Below, piece after piece: positions 34,575 through 48,630 of a DNA stretch of 64,000 nucleotides (positions within the stretch are counted from its first letter, which is position 1; every line of letters begins with the position of its first letter). The notes beneath the pieces are model-generated. The model searched no databases. It had not been told where the DNA came from and was given only the letters and a program-made list of their open reading frames with translations. Source of the DNA: Raja brachyura. Taxonomy: Eukaryota. Made by a program: the position numbers and the translations under genes. Location of the stretch: assembly GCA_963514005.1 (NCBI GenBank), contig OY740791.1, positions 52,390,001 through 52,454,000 of the forward strand, given 5' to 3'.

Positions 34575-36644
34575 ATAGAAACATAGAAACTTAGAAATTA
34601 GGTGCAGGAGTAGGCCATTCGGCCCTTCGAGCCTGCACCGCCATTCAATATGATCATGGCTGATCATCCAACTCAGTATCCCGTACCTGCCTTCTCTCCA
34701 TACCCTCTGATCCCCTTAGCCACAAGGGCCACATCTAACTCCCTCTTAAATATAGCCAATGAACTGGCCTCAACTACCCTCTGTGGCAGAGAGTTCCAGA
34801 GACCCACCACTCTCTGTGTGAAAAAAGTCCTCATCTCGGTCCTAGAGGATTTCCCCCTTATCCTTAAGCTGTGACCCCTTGTCCTGGACCTCCCCAACAT
34901 CAGGAACAATCTTCCTGCATCTAGCCTGTCCAACCCCTTAAGAATTTTGTAAGTTTCTATAAGATCACCTCTCAATCTCCTAAATTCTAGAGAGTATAAA
35001 CCGAGTCTATGCAGTCTTTGTTCATAAGACAGTCCTGACATCCCAGGAATCAGTCTGGTGAACCTTCTCTGCACTCCCTCTATGGCAATAATGTCCTTCC
35101 TCAGATTTGGAGACCAGAACTGTACGCAATACTCCAGGTGTGGTCTCACCAAGACCCTATACAACTGAAGTAGAACCTCCCTGCTCCTATACTCAAATCC
35201 TTTTGCTATGAAAGCTAACATACCATTCGCTTTCTTCACAGCCTGCTGCACCTGCATGCCTACTTTCAATGACTGGTGTACCATGACACCCAGGTCGCGC
35301 TGCATCTCCCCTTTTCCTAATTGGCCTCCATTTAGATAATAGTCTGTTTTCCTATTTCTGCCACCAAAGTGGATAACCTCACATTTATCCACATTATACT
35401 GCATCTGCCAAACATTTGCCCACTCACCCAGCCTATCCAAGTCACCTTGCAGTCTCCTAGCATCCTCCTCACAGCTAACACTGCCCCCCAGCTTAGTGTC
35501 ATCTGCAAACGTGGAGATATTGCCTTCAATTCCCTCATCCAGATCATTAATGTATATTGTAAATAGCTGGGGTCCCAGCACTGAGCCTTGCGGTACCCCA
35601 CTCATCTGCCTGCCATTGTGAAAACAACCCGTTTACTCCTACTCTTTGCTTCCTGTTTGCCAGCCAGTTCTCTATCCACATCAATACTGAACCCCCAATG
35701 CCGTATGCTTCAAGTTTATATACTAATCTCTTATGGGGGACCTTGTCAAAGAGCCTTCTGGAAGTCCAGATACACCACATCCACTGGTTCTCCCCTATCC
35801 ACGCTATTAGTTACATCCTCGAAAAATTCCACAAGATTCGTCAGACATGATTTACCTTTCGTAAATCCATGCTGACTTTGTCCAATGATTTCACTACTTT
35901 CCAAATGTGCTGCTATCCTATCTTTAATAACTGACTCTAGCAGTTTCCCCACTACCGATGTTAGACTAACTGGTCTGTATTTTCCCGTTTACTCTCTCCC
36001 CCCTTCTTAAAAAGAGGGGTTACGTTTGCTACCCGCCAATCCTCAGGAACTACTCCAGAATCTAAAGAGTTTTGAAAGATTATCACTAATGCATCCACTA
36101 TTTCCAGAGCTACTTCCTTAAGTACTCTGGGATGCCGCCTATCTGGCCCTGGGGATTTATCGGCCATTAATCCATTCAATTTACCCAACACCACTTCCCG
36201 ACTAACCTGGATTTCACTCAAGTCCTCCTTTGACCCGCGGTCCCCTGCTATTTCCGGCAGATTATTTATGTCTTCCTTAGTGAAGACGGAACCAAAGTAG
36301 TTATTCAATTGGTCCGCCATATCCTTGTTCCCCATGATCAACTCGCCTGTTTCTGACTGCAAGGGACCTACATTTGTTTTAACTAATCTCTTTCTCTTCA
36401 CGTATCTATAAAAACTTTTGCAGTCAGTTTTTATGTTCCCTGACAGTTTTCTTTCATAATCTATTTTTCCTTTCCTAATCAAGCCCTTTGTCCTCCTCTG
36501 CTGGTCTCTGAATTTCTCCCAGTCTTCTGGTATGCTGCTTTTTCTGGCTACTTTGTACGCATCATCCTTTGCTTTGATACTATCCCTGATTTCCCTTGTT
36601 ATCCACGGATGCACTACCTTCCCTGATCTATTCTTTTGCCAAAC
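34575..36644 (-). mobile_element. Young CR1 (HER1-like) LINE, 5'-truncated, inserted in the BEL element
   Basis: ORFs 35961..36614, 35746..35952 and 34673..35605 give near-continuous ORF2 (PWITREI, KSPGPD, GVPQGSVLGP, FADDTKL). (TTTCTATG)n tail. Confidence 0.95.
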
Positions 36645-39600
36645 GTTGCCAAATTTTAATCTTATTAAAACACTGGTTTTAGTTTAAAGTCGTACCGTGC
36701 GCATCAAACCCTTAAAATTAGGCATGATACCCAGTATATAGTCCAAAATATAACAGTCCAAAGCTTTGAAAGCATGAAACGTCGTCCTCCATGTCTGATC
36801 AATTCATGAATGTGTTGTAACAGCAATGTTGAAGTGTGAAAACCCTTTGAGAGAATAACAGGATTTTTAGCAATAAAGTTCACCGTTAGGTTTGGTTTAG
36901 TTTCCAGATCATTAACAGAGATTGCAAATCCCAGCTCAAGCTTAGGCCATTCTCTGTCTAGCTTACTGAGAGACTTCATCCGCAGGATTTTCTTTTGTGT
37001 TAACATAATTTAGTTGTACAACATTAGTAATGGCCAATGCTCTTTCCATTCGCAGATCGTCTTTGTCCAAATCCAGCTCTTTGGTTTCTTTGGCTCTATC
37101 ATCTAGTGAATGCTTTCACAATTATCGCTGTTCCACTTGGAAAGTGTCAATCCACCCTTATTGCAAAGAGATGTAAGATGTTCTACTGGTAGAATTCCTT
37201 CCTGCTCAGTAGACATGAATCTCAAGCAATCATCCATGTTGTTATTATTCTTCAAAGAGATACTTACTTCATGAAACGTAGTATTCTCGTCAAACTTGCA
37301 TTTCAAAGTCTGGGTATGTTGCTCTGCCATACGATGATCAAATATTGAAATCATGATGGTATTGCTTCATCACGGCTTTTCTAATTTATCAGTAGATATT
37401 TGATTAAAAGCAATGGTAGGATAGTTCCTCTGATTCTCGTTTTCATTGTTCCTTTTCAAAGAGCCATAGATAACCCATCCAAGTCAGATGTTCGTAGCAT
37501 ACAGTCCATCGCCTTGGCTCCTAACAATCTGTATAGGTTCCAATGCCTTCAAAACATTCGTTCCGATAAGTAGATCAACATTAGAATTTATTTTAGATAT
37601 CTTGACATCCTTCAGGTAAGGCCATTGTTTTGACTTTTCATGTCTTGATATATTTTGACGACCAGCAGGCATGCTTCCTTGTGTAAACACTTCAGATATT
37701 GGTATAAAATTATCTTCATCCAGACTGGATATCTCCATACTCGTAATGTAATGATTCCTGCTCTCTTTATCTTTAGTCATGGTACGTAATCGAATCTTAG
37801 TCTCTTCTCCTGTGATGTTCAGCCTTCTCATCAGGTTTTCTGTGCAAAAGGTAGTCGAACTTTCGTGATCCAGAAAAGCATATGTTTGCATCACTGTGTT
37901 CGTCTTGCTGTTCCTTACCTGTACTGGTAAACTAGAAACATTACAAGCTTCAACCCTGGCCCCTATATGAGCAGTTACTTGAGGCGTGGTGATAGCATCT
38001 CTAGTAGTTGGCTTCTTTTTCTATTCTGTTTGCTCTGGTTCATCCTCTTCTATTTGCTCTGGTAGCTCATCATCCGTTTGTTTCATATCTTCTTCTTCCC
38101 AATACCCTGGTAGCTCTTCTTCAGTGCGAAGTGCTTCAGGATGATATTGCCTGCACTTATAACAAATCATAGGACTCTTACAGTCTCTCACCATATGTCC
38201 TTTTTGTCAAACATCCAAAACAGATTCCCTTCTCTTTCAAGAAATCCATCTTATCTTGAATCTTCAACATAAGATGGTGTGACCAACTTCATCACATAAC
38301 AAACAAAATACTATTTGCTTGCTAGTAGATACATTTCCTTTCATTCCATCGGTCATTTTCACAGGTATGGTTGTGTTAGCAAATCTACTTCCCTTAGGTT
38401 CTGATCTTTCTTCAGTTTTGGTAAAGGCAGAACCTTTGTTAGTTGCAATTGGTTTGTGATCTTCAATAATCCCGTAGTGTGGCTCTAACATGTACCCTAC
38501 TTCCCTGTCCAAGAATTCAACCAGGTCTGGCAGCCTGGCTATTTGGTTCCTTTTATCCATTATTCTGCCTGCTTCGTATCTCCACCTTTCTCTCAGTCTT
38601 CTGGGCAACTTGCTAATGATGATTCTAGTATTACTTGCAATATTAATTTCCTCTACGTGGCCGAGATTTCTCATCATGCTGCAACAACCTCTCAGAAATA
38701 TTGCATTATCACTCAATGCCTCCCCATCTTCCAGCTTGATTTCTTTCCAAGCACGGGCCTAATCCATGTATGCGTTAGCAATTCTCTGTTCATTACCAAA
38801 ACGTTCTTTAAGTAATCTTCTAGCCTTTTATAGCCATAGCTGTCTGGCTCAATTTGACAACTTTCTACAAGTATGTGAACACTTCCACATGTGTACTTCA
38901 CCAGAAATCGTAAGCGCTCCTTTTCCTCCCTAACCTTCGTTTCTAATACTTCTACTAATGCCCTTACAAAAGCTTCATACCGCAAAGGATCTCCATCATA
39001 CATAGGAATTTCTGCTGGTGGTAGAGTGAAAGAGGTATTTTGTCAAGCTATGATCTGGTTGAATTCAGTTTGCCTTTTCACCAATGCCAATAATCCATCC
39101 TGATAATCTTGGCTTGGCTCCACCTGTTGATAAACAGGCCTCAGAAAGCGTATTCCGATGTTTGTTTGTCCTGGGCCTCTCCAATGCCCTCATAAGTACC
39201 TTGCTTCGATTCAGCATCCATTTGCTGAGATGAAGTTTCACCCATGTTCTTCTGTTCCAATGGGTTTTCAAAGCCATGAAATCTGGTGGACCTCGATTGT
39301 GGAATAGGTCCAACTGCTAATTCACCTCGAGCAATATTTCTTCCCAAATCGGAGTTCATCACCTTCGATGTTCTAGAACTGCATCTTGACCCCTCACTTT
39401 CCAGTAGCACCTCCTTTGCTTTGGCCACCGTCATCTTTGTGTCTAGTTTCAGTTGTTCCTTTCGTTGCCTCAGCTCTTCTTCCTCTCGCTCAATCTCATG
39501 TTTCATCCTCAAGGCATCCGCTTTTATCGAGAGAGCAGATAGATCAGCTTTAACTCCCAATCGAGCAGAAGCCCTTGATACCGAACTGGCTGTAGAACCA

Positions 39601-41771
39601 GATTTATGTCCTGATCCTCGTGGAGACACTTTTGAGATATTATTTTGTCGTGTAATTTCATCTTCCATTCTGGCACCTTGTTGCTTCGCACTTTCAACTG
39701 CTAAGCTCGTATGTTGTGGTATAATTTCAGATAACCACTCCTCTGCCTCCTTCATGAAACCATTAAATATCTTCACCCTGTCTTCCTCCCACTGGGTGTG
39801 TCTTATGCATTCTTCCCGAGATGGCTGTGAACACAGCAGTACATCTTGTTTCTTTCCAACCTCCTGGCAGAGGTTCAATAGTTGGCTCACATTAGATTTC
39901 ACCTTGATCACGTTCTGTTCTGATTCCATTAATTTATTCTGTTTCTCAATTATCCGGTAACCTGTTTCCATAATTTGTTTCTCTCTTTCTCGGTTTCTTT
40001 CAAATAGGCAGCTTGTAGCCTATCAATCAACTTGTTAACTTGTTCCCATATCGAGTTTTCCTCTTTCTTAGTTGACAGGTAGGCAGGTTGTCTCATTGGT
40101 CTTTCATCGCCACCTTGTGGTTCCTCTGGCATGGTTCTTTCGTCATCTTCTGGCTCCATGATTTTAAAAAGGTCTTGGCACTTCGCCAAGTCTTCTAATT
40201 AAACAAACAGAGTCTTCTCTGAATTTTGCTCCAACTTTATGTAAAGATCGAGTGGCTATTTTGAAAACAATTTCCTCAGAACCATAACAAACTGAGATTG
40301 TTGCCAACATCTCTCCAACATCCATGGGCTTACGAATGACAATAATTTCAAAGAAATGAGTGTTATCAAAAGTTCAAAACAATCTCCAAAGTCGGTCTCC
40401 TTTCTCCTAAAAAAACACTTTTAGGCTCTTCTACAGAAGCCGTTTAAATTTAAAGCTTGCAGCCTCAAAATTCAAAGAAATATAATCGGTTTTTACTCAC
40501 AATCCCTGTGATATTTTCTTCAGATAAGTCTCGATGCTGTTGATAGACCTCAAGACCTTCTCTGGTCAAGATCTAGTTTCTTCGGTTCCTCGGCTGGAAC
40601 CGGATTTCTGGTCAAAATCTCTCAGAGATCTTAGCCAAATCTTCTGTCCCACTCTCTGGTACTGGTATTCACCACTTGCCGGAGGTCTCCTTTGACTTAA
40701 TGTAGCGGCAGATTTATATATCGTTCAAGAGGTTACTCCCTCTAGCCGCTAAATGGACAGCATGGTTAAGGGGAATGTCTTTATACGCATGCAAGTTCAC
40801 CATCAGGGGCCTCCAGAGCTTCTTCACAGATAAGTCTTCAATACCCAGTCTTTTGATTAAAAAATTCTTTATTGTTGATGAAAAACAATAAGGTACATCC
40901 AAACTTCTTCTGACTCGTTACTATAATCTTCATCGAACTCCAGCTTATCGCTTTAAACGTTAGAAAACTCCTTGTGACTCTGTTACACTTCACATGGTCA
41001 AAGAGTGAACCTTCTCCATGCTGGTCCGAAACTAAAACTAACAACTAAGCTTCTGCGCAAACACACCCAAAAATACGTCATAAATCCCACCCACAATATA
41101 ACGGGTAGTCTAAAATTTAAAGACGCATGACATCATCAATGACGCACAAAACAAGCCAAATGGCCACTACAGACATATGTTAGAGACTATTAATATTAGG
41201 ATGATTTTACAATAAATATGTTATCTAGTCAGTATGGTGCTACAATTCTCATGTTTCATTATGAAACAGCAAACCATCAAAGTGCTGAAGTAACTCAGTG
41301 AATAAGGGAGCATCTCTGGAGAACATGGATAAGTGACATTTTGGGTCAGCACCCTTCTTTAGATGATCAGTGAGATTTTACCTATTGCTGCATGTCGTGG
41401 TTCCCCAATGTTGCCTAAGAATAAGATTGGAATATGGCACTTTGACAATTATTGAAATCCCCATCACATCAAAAATTAGTATGAACACAATTCAAAATGT
41501 TGATGATCAATTCTGCTGATCAGAATACATCAGTCTCCATTTGTTTTATATGGTTAACTAGAAGCAGGCTCGTGAACAGAAGTCTTACTCTGAGCTAATA
41601 TTTAGGAACTATGTGACTTTGAAGAACAATTAAAAGAATAAGTTAAATTATTATGTAGTTCACTCTGCCTTTGCCACTTGCTACTTTTATTTGACAGAGT
41701 GTTTAATGATTCATGTTTACTTGAACAACACTTGTAAAATCTCTGTTACATTTTAATTGTTTCCATGATAC

Positions 41772-41870
41772 CTGGCATTTTCTGGATTTCCATAGCATTT
41801 GAATAAAGATGTGATGCTTCTTCTGTATGTCCCTCTATTTGTTGAGGTTTCTGCCTTTGATTTCCCAAAC
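41772..41870 (-). CDS. CD4/LAG-3-like Ig receptor, coding exon 7 (cytoplasmic, LGNQRQKPQQIEGHTEEASHLYSNAMEIQKMP)
   Basis: 99 nt, acceptor catgaacag, donor G|GTATCA, phase 1-1, open frame with a Tyr motif. Confidence 0.7.
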
Positions 41871-42617
41871 CTGTTCATGTAGAGGACACCCATTAAAATG
41901 AATTCATTGATCCTTATGAATTTATTGTATTCAACAAGGCACACTCTAAAATGGTTTGCTTAGAGATTTTACTTTGTCTGAAATGCATTGTAATAAAAGA
42001 TAATTAATATTTCCGATGAAACTTGACACAGATTTGTTTGTTTGTTTTCAAACATTTTGAGGTCAGGCCGATTTCTTAATAATGTTCACATAATCTGGTT
42101 TGGTCCATTCATATAGTACTAAGGAAGGTGCATTATTGTTTTAATTATCTCATGTTCAAATGGTTACCCATAATCACAACTTCCAAATTTAAGAATGGAA
42201 GAAACAGGAGCAAAGATAAGACCTTTGGTCACTTGAGATAGCTCTGCCATTCACTTTGACCATGGCTGAACCATCTAGGCTTCAACAGCACTTAAGTACT
42301 GTCTCACCATACCCTTTGACCAAATTGTAGTTCAAATGAGTTTCTATCACCACCTTGTACATGTTGATTGATTTCACCACATTGCTCTGGGGTAGATAAT
42401 TACAAAGCATCAAAGCCTTTTGAGAGAAGAAATGTCATCTGAATTTTGTCTTAAATGAACAACCACGAATTCCGAAACACTCCTGCACAAAACCACTCTC
42501 CAGTTCTGGATAGCTCACGAGGGGAAATAACCACCTTATCACATCTCTTCAGAATTAACCCCTGCATCATTAGAGTCAATCCTGAGAACTTCCTCTGTAT
42601 TCCTTCCATTCATAATG

Positions 42618-43684
42618 TAGCTATGTTACAAAACGTACCTTCAGCGGCGCTGTAGTTCTGCCACTGGCCGTGTGCGCGGCCTTGGCGCCTTTGAAGGGAG
42701 GGGAGGGGGGGGGGGGCGGGGTTAAATGCAGTGTTTCTCCTACCTGTCCTAAATATATTTTCTCGGAGTGCAAGCTTTTGCTGAAGAATTGCTCCGACTG
42801 CCGTTCAGTGAATTTTTTTTTTATAATCGCCCGACAAGTTCAGCGCTGGAGTAATTTAAAAATCAGTTTCTAAAGCCGTCAACGCCGACAACGGGGACGG
42901 ATTTCACGTACAGGGCAGGTAAAGGATAGCCGTTTATTCTATGTATAAAAGTGCTTCTTAAGATGCCTTTAATCCACATTTTACGTTGCGAAATGGTGAT
43001 TTATTCTCCATACGAACCGGCAGTGTTTTTCCTGCCGATATGGGGTTCAGATTCACAGCAACCGCAACGTTCCAATTGATCGCGTTCCACAAAATCCCAC
43101 TCGCAAGATGATTTAAATGCCCATTAATTTACGGGAATTAAACATTAAATTCCTTCCATTTGGCCTATAAATGCATGACAATGAGATTTAAAAATCATGT
43201 TCTATTGTGAATTCTTGTGTGAATGTTATTTGAACACTTAGGCTATTTAAAAATGTTAATTTTTTCTTAATAAATAAATAGGTGTTTAGATCTAGTAATT
43301 GAATTTTGTAATTAGCTACAATTAGGTAACTAACTAATTATATGCTTTAATTTCAAGTCATCCAAGCAAGATTGTTTCATATTTGTTTCAGAATGTTTCA
43401 ATCTATAATAACTGAAAATGTCTTTCAGTTCTCTTAATTTTTAAGAAATGTATGGGCTTTTGACTGTCCTTGATCACAGCTTTTGTGTTAAGTCAATGGA
43501 AAAGCAATAGGGTACAAGATGCTAATTTCCGAGTCTGAAAATGGCCATAACTTTTTTAATACTGAAGATATGAAAGTGTCACTGAAGATATGAAGGTGTC
43601 AAATTAAACTTCTTTTTTTGCTTTATCTGATGGGATAAATTACAGACTTGATTTTTTAAATCTCAAAATTTTGTAACATTGCTA
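42618..43684. mobile_element. Non-autonomous DNA transposon (MITE-like), about 1.07 kb
   Basis: TIRs tagctatgttacaaaa and ttttgtaacattgcta (15/16 match). Flanks cataatg and caaaatg. No ORF. Confidence 0.75.
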
Positions 43685-44611
43685 CAAAATGAGACCAAAA
43701 CTGACCGGACTTTGAACTTTGAATAATGCCGCCAAAAATGGCGGCTCCTGCATATGTAATATATGAAAATTAAATTTCACAGTGCAGTTGCATATCTGAC
43801 AAATAAAGCACCAATTAATCTTAAAACAAATAGACGTAACGTTAAGGTACAAATAAAGCAGCATTGAACGTGAAAATAATAAAATAATGAAACTGAACTA
43901 AAACTAAACTTATATTATATAATTCTACATCCTTAATATTCAAATATGTTCCCTGATTTGAGAAATAACGAGTAATTAACAAGCATACATTAAAACTTGC
44001 AACCTTTATAACACCTATTCTGCCAATAACTTATTTTTAAATGATCATTGATTTCAAATCATTTTGTCTCTATAATCTCTTCAAGACCTTTGAGATCTCT
44101 GGATTTATCATTGGGAAATTAGCCTTCAATGTACGCTATTTTTTAAATGGAATTCTATTTCCTAGTCTCTCTGCCTTACTTCCTGTCCATGCATTTAAAT
44201 CTGAACATTTGAATAAGTTTTCATAATTATCCAAATCTTCTCATCTTTCAAGATAGAGTTTGTTAGATTTAGATCTTAAGGCTGAAGGAATTAAGGGATA
44301 TGGGGGAAAAAGCATGAATGGGGTACTGATTTTGCATGATCAGCCATGATCATATTAAATGGCATTGCTGGCTTGAAGGGCTGAATGGTACTCCTGCACC
44401 TATTTTCTATGTTTCTATCTCTTTTTGTCAAATTTAGTTGATAACTTTCCTGCCAGCACCCTTAGTAGATGCAATCACTTAAAATATGCCGCAGCAAACA
44501 ATTGTCTGCAGACGATATTTGACATAGTGGAACATAAATGAGTGTAAGATATAGTTATGATTGGCAATTTTTAGAATTGTGCTTCATTAATATTTCTGGT
44601 ATGCATCTTAC

Positions 44612-44707
44612 CTTTATTCTTACACTTTTTAAAACACACCACCACTCCCACGATAATGATGAGCAGAACAGCCAAACATCTAATAATAAGAATATAGGTG
44701 TAGGTAT
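44612..44707 (-). CDS. CD4/LAG-3-like Ig receptor, coding exon 6 (TM, TYTYILIIRCLAVLLIIIVGVVVCFKKCKNK)
   Basis: 96 nt, acceptor ctcttttatcag, donor G|GTAAGA, phase 1-1; hydrophobic helix followed by a basic stop-transfer sequence. Confidence 0.85.
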
Positions 44708-45079
44708 CTGATAAAAGAGTAAGCACAGATTTCATCTTTACATGGTTTGTAATTAAAATATTTTTAAAGATTCGTCAATGACCAAATGGATAATGTTGCT
44801 GTGTCAGATTTGAATTCAACATTCAATGAAACTGAAGTGTTGCAACTATCAATTCAGGTAGGCACATAGAAGCAATCACACAGGGATTCCATTCCTCAAA
44901 TCAATGCGTTGATTCCATCTGGCAGATGGGTGCAGATGGATCATCTGCAAAAGCATCTGATTCAGCTGTAAACTTTTTGCCGTACAACAAGCAAATGTTG
45001 CTCATTGTTTGGCTTCAAATGAAATAATCACTGTTTCACTGAGAACTTGTGAGATTGAACTTGCGAACAACTTGAGGCT

Positions 45080-45330
45080 TCATCCCGAGAACAAATGTAG
45101 TGAGGACAGAAAAACTAAGAGAAAGGGATGGTCCTTGCAAGCGACCAAATTGGAAAAGGTATTGTCTACATAGCCATGGGAGTCAGTGGGTTGTTTGTCT
45201 CCTGAGATGGAGATACGCAGATCAAGAAAGGGGAGAAAGGTGCTGAAAATGGTCCAAGTGTATTTAAAGACAGGATGGAAGTTAGTGGCAAAGTTGAACA
45301 GATTGACACATTGGTTGCAGGCAGCACTAC
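45080..45330 (-). mobile_element. Penelope-like RT C-terminal fragment
   Basis: FHPVFKYTWTI..LPFLDLRISISG..PTDSHGY. Confidence 0.75.
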
Positions 45331-46169
45331 CAATGCAGATGTTGAAAGAGTGGTTCTTGTGTCTGGAACAAAGAATTATGTTTTCCATTGTAGAAAACTC
45401 AAGAACTGGGAAGTCTCATTGAAAAATAACAGGCGCCTAGTTAAGGCCAACATGACATGAAATTATTTCAGAGAATTGCAAGTCTTACACAAAGCAGAAT
45501 GATAGCAGGGCCTTTGCAAGTTGTAAACCTGGGGTACATAGATTCTTGACATGTGATAAGTTAAAAAAAATAACTTGGTTAGAGAGAAATGTGGAAATCA
45601 ACTTCCTGCCATAAGTTGTGGTTTTATTGAGGACAGAGATTACTCAGTGTGTTGAGTGGCCAACGTCTATGTTTTTACTGTCTTTGTGCAAAAACAACTT
45701 CCATTTCTCGCCTCTAATCCTGCGACCAATCATTTTAAAACTATTACCCTCCCCATTTTTAACGCGGATCTTCGACGTGAAATGTTTCTCTTTCTGCACA
45801 AATGCTGCGTGACATATTTTAATTCACGAGTTCTGAGCCTGAAGGGCAGAGAGTTGCACTTGCAATGTGTGCAGCTGGAAATGTTATTTTGCTGAGATTC
45901 CTTCAGAGTTCTGCTGCTATTTTCAAATTAATTCTAGATCAGAAAGTTAATGAGAATTATTCAATTTTCCTGATGCATACAAATGCTCAATTTGACTAAA
46001 TGAGTCTGCAAATAGCATGATAATAATGTGCAAGGTTAGTTTGCATGCAATACTGCAGGAAATTTATACACACAATTGCTTTTGCAACACGCAAAATAAT
46101 ATTTGGTTTGTGGAACAAAGTCAAAAGGATTGCAGGCAAGCAATACCAGTAATTGGAAACTTTTAGTAT

Positions 46170-46480
46170 AGTTTAGTTTACAGATACAGCATGGAAACAG
46201 GCCCAGCTAGTCCACACTGACCATTGATCGCCCATTCACACTACTTCTATGTTATCCTACTTTCTCATTTACTCCCCTACTCACATAAGGAGTAATTTTA
46301 CAGAGGTCAGTTAACTTACAAACCTGGACGTCTTTGGGGTGTGGGAGGAAACCGCAACACCCAGAGGAATCCTATATGGTCACAGGAAAAACATGCAAAT
46401 GCCACACATACAGCACCCAAGGTTAGAATCAAACCTAGGTCTTTTGCCCTGTATGGCAGCAATTCTACTAGCTACACCAC
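46170..46480 (-). mobile_element. tRNA-derived V-SINE (HE1-like) with CR1-derived tail
   Basis: V-domain-like gtgggaggaaaccg..cacccagagg..cac, tRNA-like head near 46420-46480, and an agttt tail. Confidence 0.75.
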
Positions 46481-47564
46481 TTGCTCTTACTGATAAACTA
46501 TCATCATGAGAGGTCATGTGATTACCGAAATCGTAATAACTTCTAATTGTAGTTAGGGATCTAGGCTTAGTACATTTAGTAAATCGCAGATGACTACCTG
46601 ACTAACATATTTATAATCAATAATATGGAAACATAGAAATTAGGTGCAGGAGTAGGCCATTCGGCCCTTCGAGCCTACACTGCCATTCAATATGATCATG
46701 GCTGATCACCCAACTCAGTATCCCAATGTCATGTTTGTTCAGACTACACAGGCTTTGAGTTAATAAAATGGTTCCAGGAAAGAAGATGCCTAAGAGAATG
46801 TGAAAATTATTAAATAGACCAGTGGGGATAATAAAGAGGACATAGGCATGTTTCCGATGACAATTCATCTGTGTAGCAATGCACAAAGATCACAAATGTG
46901 TAAAAGCAGATAGTCCGCAGAGGTGGCAAGGAATAATAGCTGATGAAAACAAATGATAGCTGAAGAGAGTGGTTAATATTCAGGTATTGACTGAATATCT
47001 TTTTATGAGACTCCTTCGACAGTGACCAAGACACGTACTCCATGCTTCATTAGTGCGATGGAAGGAATGCAATGTCAGAAGTACCCAATCGTGTTTCTTA
47101 TTTTGATACGGTTAAGGAATAGCCCATATTCCACACAACAGAAATGAGGCCATTCAGTCCCAGAGGTCTATGTTATAGCAAATCCCACTTGTTCCCCTGT
47201 AACATATTCTACCTCACATACCCATTAATCATGTCATCAGTGCTCCCAGCAGCCACGTATACCAATAGTAATTTACAGCAGCCAATCATCTAAATAACCA
47301 GCATAACTTTGGGATGTTGGAAACATACGCTGACATGGAGTCCTGTGATTTGGTCATGCACACAGACAAGGGGAGAACATTGGATTGATAGATCGATCTT
47401 GCTTTGCTGGTGCTCTGGAACATCTTCTCCACATGCAGCACATTTAATACAAAACATGAATTGAGTTTAAATTACATAGCTTCCACAAAGGGTTTTGAAG
47501 AAGTGACTTTAGACCATTGAACAAGGTATTTTGATTACAATGTTGATAGCAAATACTGTAAGAG

Positions 47565-48025
47565 TGCAAAGATAATTTACAAGGATATTGCCAGGACACA
47601 AGGGACTGAGCTATAGGGAAAAGTTGGGGAGACTAGGATTTTATTCCTTGGAGTGCAGGGAGCTGAGGGGTGAAATTGCAAAGGTGTATAAAATCATGAG
47701 GGGAATAGATAGGGTGAATGCACTGATATGGAAATTACCCAGGATATGGAAATCAAGAATCAGGCCATAATTGAGAGGGTTGATATTTAATAGGAACTTG
47801 AGGGGAAACTTTGGCACTCAAGTGTTTGGTGGATATATAGAACAAACTGCCATTGGATGTAGATGAAGCAGGTACTATACCAGCATATCAAAGTCACTTG
47901 AACAGGTACATGGATAGGAAAGGTTTGGAGGGATGTAGTCAAAATGCAGGAAAATGGGACTAGCTTAGATGGGCTATCTTTGTCGGCATGGATGAATTGG
48001 ACCAAAGGCCTGTTACATGGTGTAC
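47565..48025 (+). mobile_element. CR1 LINE 3' fragment
   Basis: GLSYREKLGRLGFYSLECRELRG..VYKIMRGIDRV plus the CR1 3' UTR. Confidence 0.8.
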
Positions 48026-48241
48026 GACCCTCTGACTCAAATATGATTAACGACATTTGAATAAATACTGATGCTATCATGCCCACAACAACCCAGGCTC
48101 GATTGTAACTAATTCTAAGTTTCTGCCCTGTAGAGTCTACCACACAGGATTGAAAGAGTCACTGCTGCCAAAAAGGACAATGATTGTCAAATTGCCTTAA
48201 CATGAACATAAATATAAAGAGAAAATATTTGCTTCACTTAC

Positions 48242-48502
48242 TACTGAATTCCAGATTGTAAGGGACTAAAATCTGGAGCCTTTCTTGTTGGAACAAACCA
48301 CATCTCCAGTTCCCTTTGCCTCTCTCAGCTTTCTGAATAACCAGACTCAGTGATTTATCTTCTCCATTGAGTGTCTTTTCTTCAACAGTTTTGCTGTCAA
48401 CATTGATCCAAACCAGTCTCACCAGTTCAGTGACGTGGGACACGGAGCAGGTCAAGATAACCTTGCCTCCCTCAGTCACTGTATCATTTGGCTCGGCTGT
48501 GA
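48242..48502 (-). CDS. CD4/LAG-3-like Ig receptor, coding exon 5 (D4, C2-type Ig)
   Basis: 261 nt, acceptor tttcttgttcccag, donor A|GTAAGT. VILTC..LVW..LSLVI..GNWRC carries the WxC F-strand typical of CD4-family C2 domains. Confidence 0.9.
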
Positions 48503-48630
48503 CTGGGAACAAGAAAAACATTTAGATTTTAAATATTATCTTTTAATTAATAACACAAGCAATGTTTTATCCAATAGCAAAATGCTGCTGGTGCTGGAAA
48601 TCGGTTGTTACACGACATTCTGTCTCCTAC

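Larger units (their letters stand above)
33811..41171 (-). mobile_element. BEL/Pao LTR retrotransposon, internally deleted, intronic
   Basis: LTRs of about 470 bp at 33811-34289 and 40701-41171. 5-bp TSD GACAT at 33806-33810 and 41172-41176. PPT AGGGGGCGG. Gag YDGDPLRYEAF and IISKLP..LRERW, protease TYAFLDHESSTTFC..LLIGTN, integrase HELIRHGG..FW. Confidence 0.93.

Noticed and set aside
39286-39960. 224-aa plus-strand ORF, and similar plus-strand ORFs over 23821-26537
   Set aside because: Antisense shadows of BEL gag and the Rex1 ORF.
45620-45800. Extra exon between D4 and TM
   Set aside because: The reverse strand resembles a decayed CR1 3' end and there is no convincing donor.
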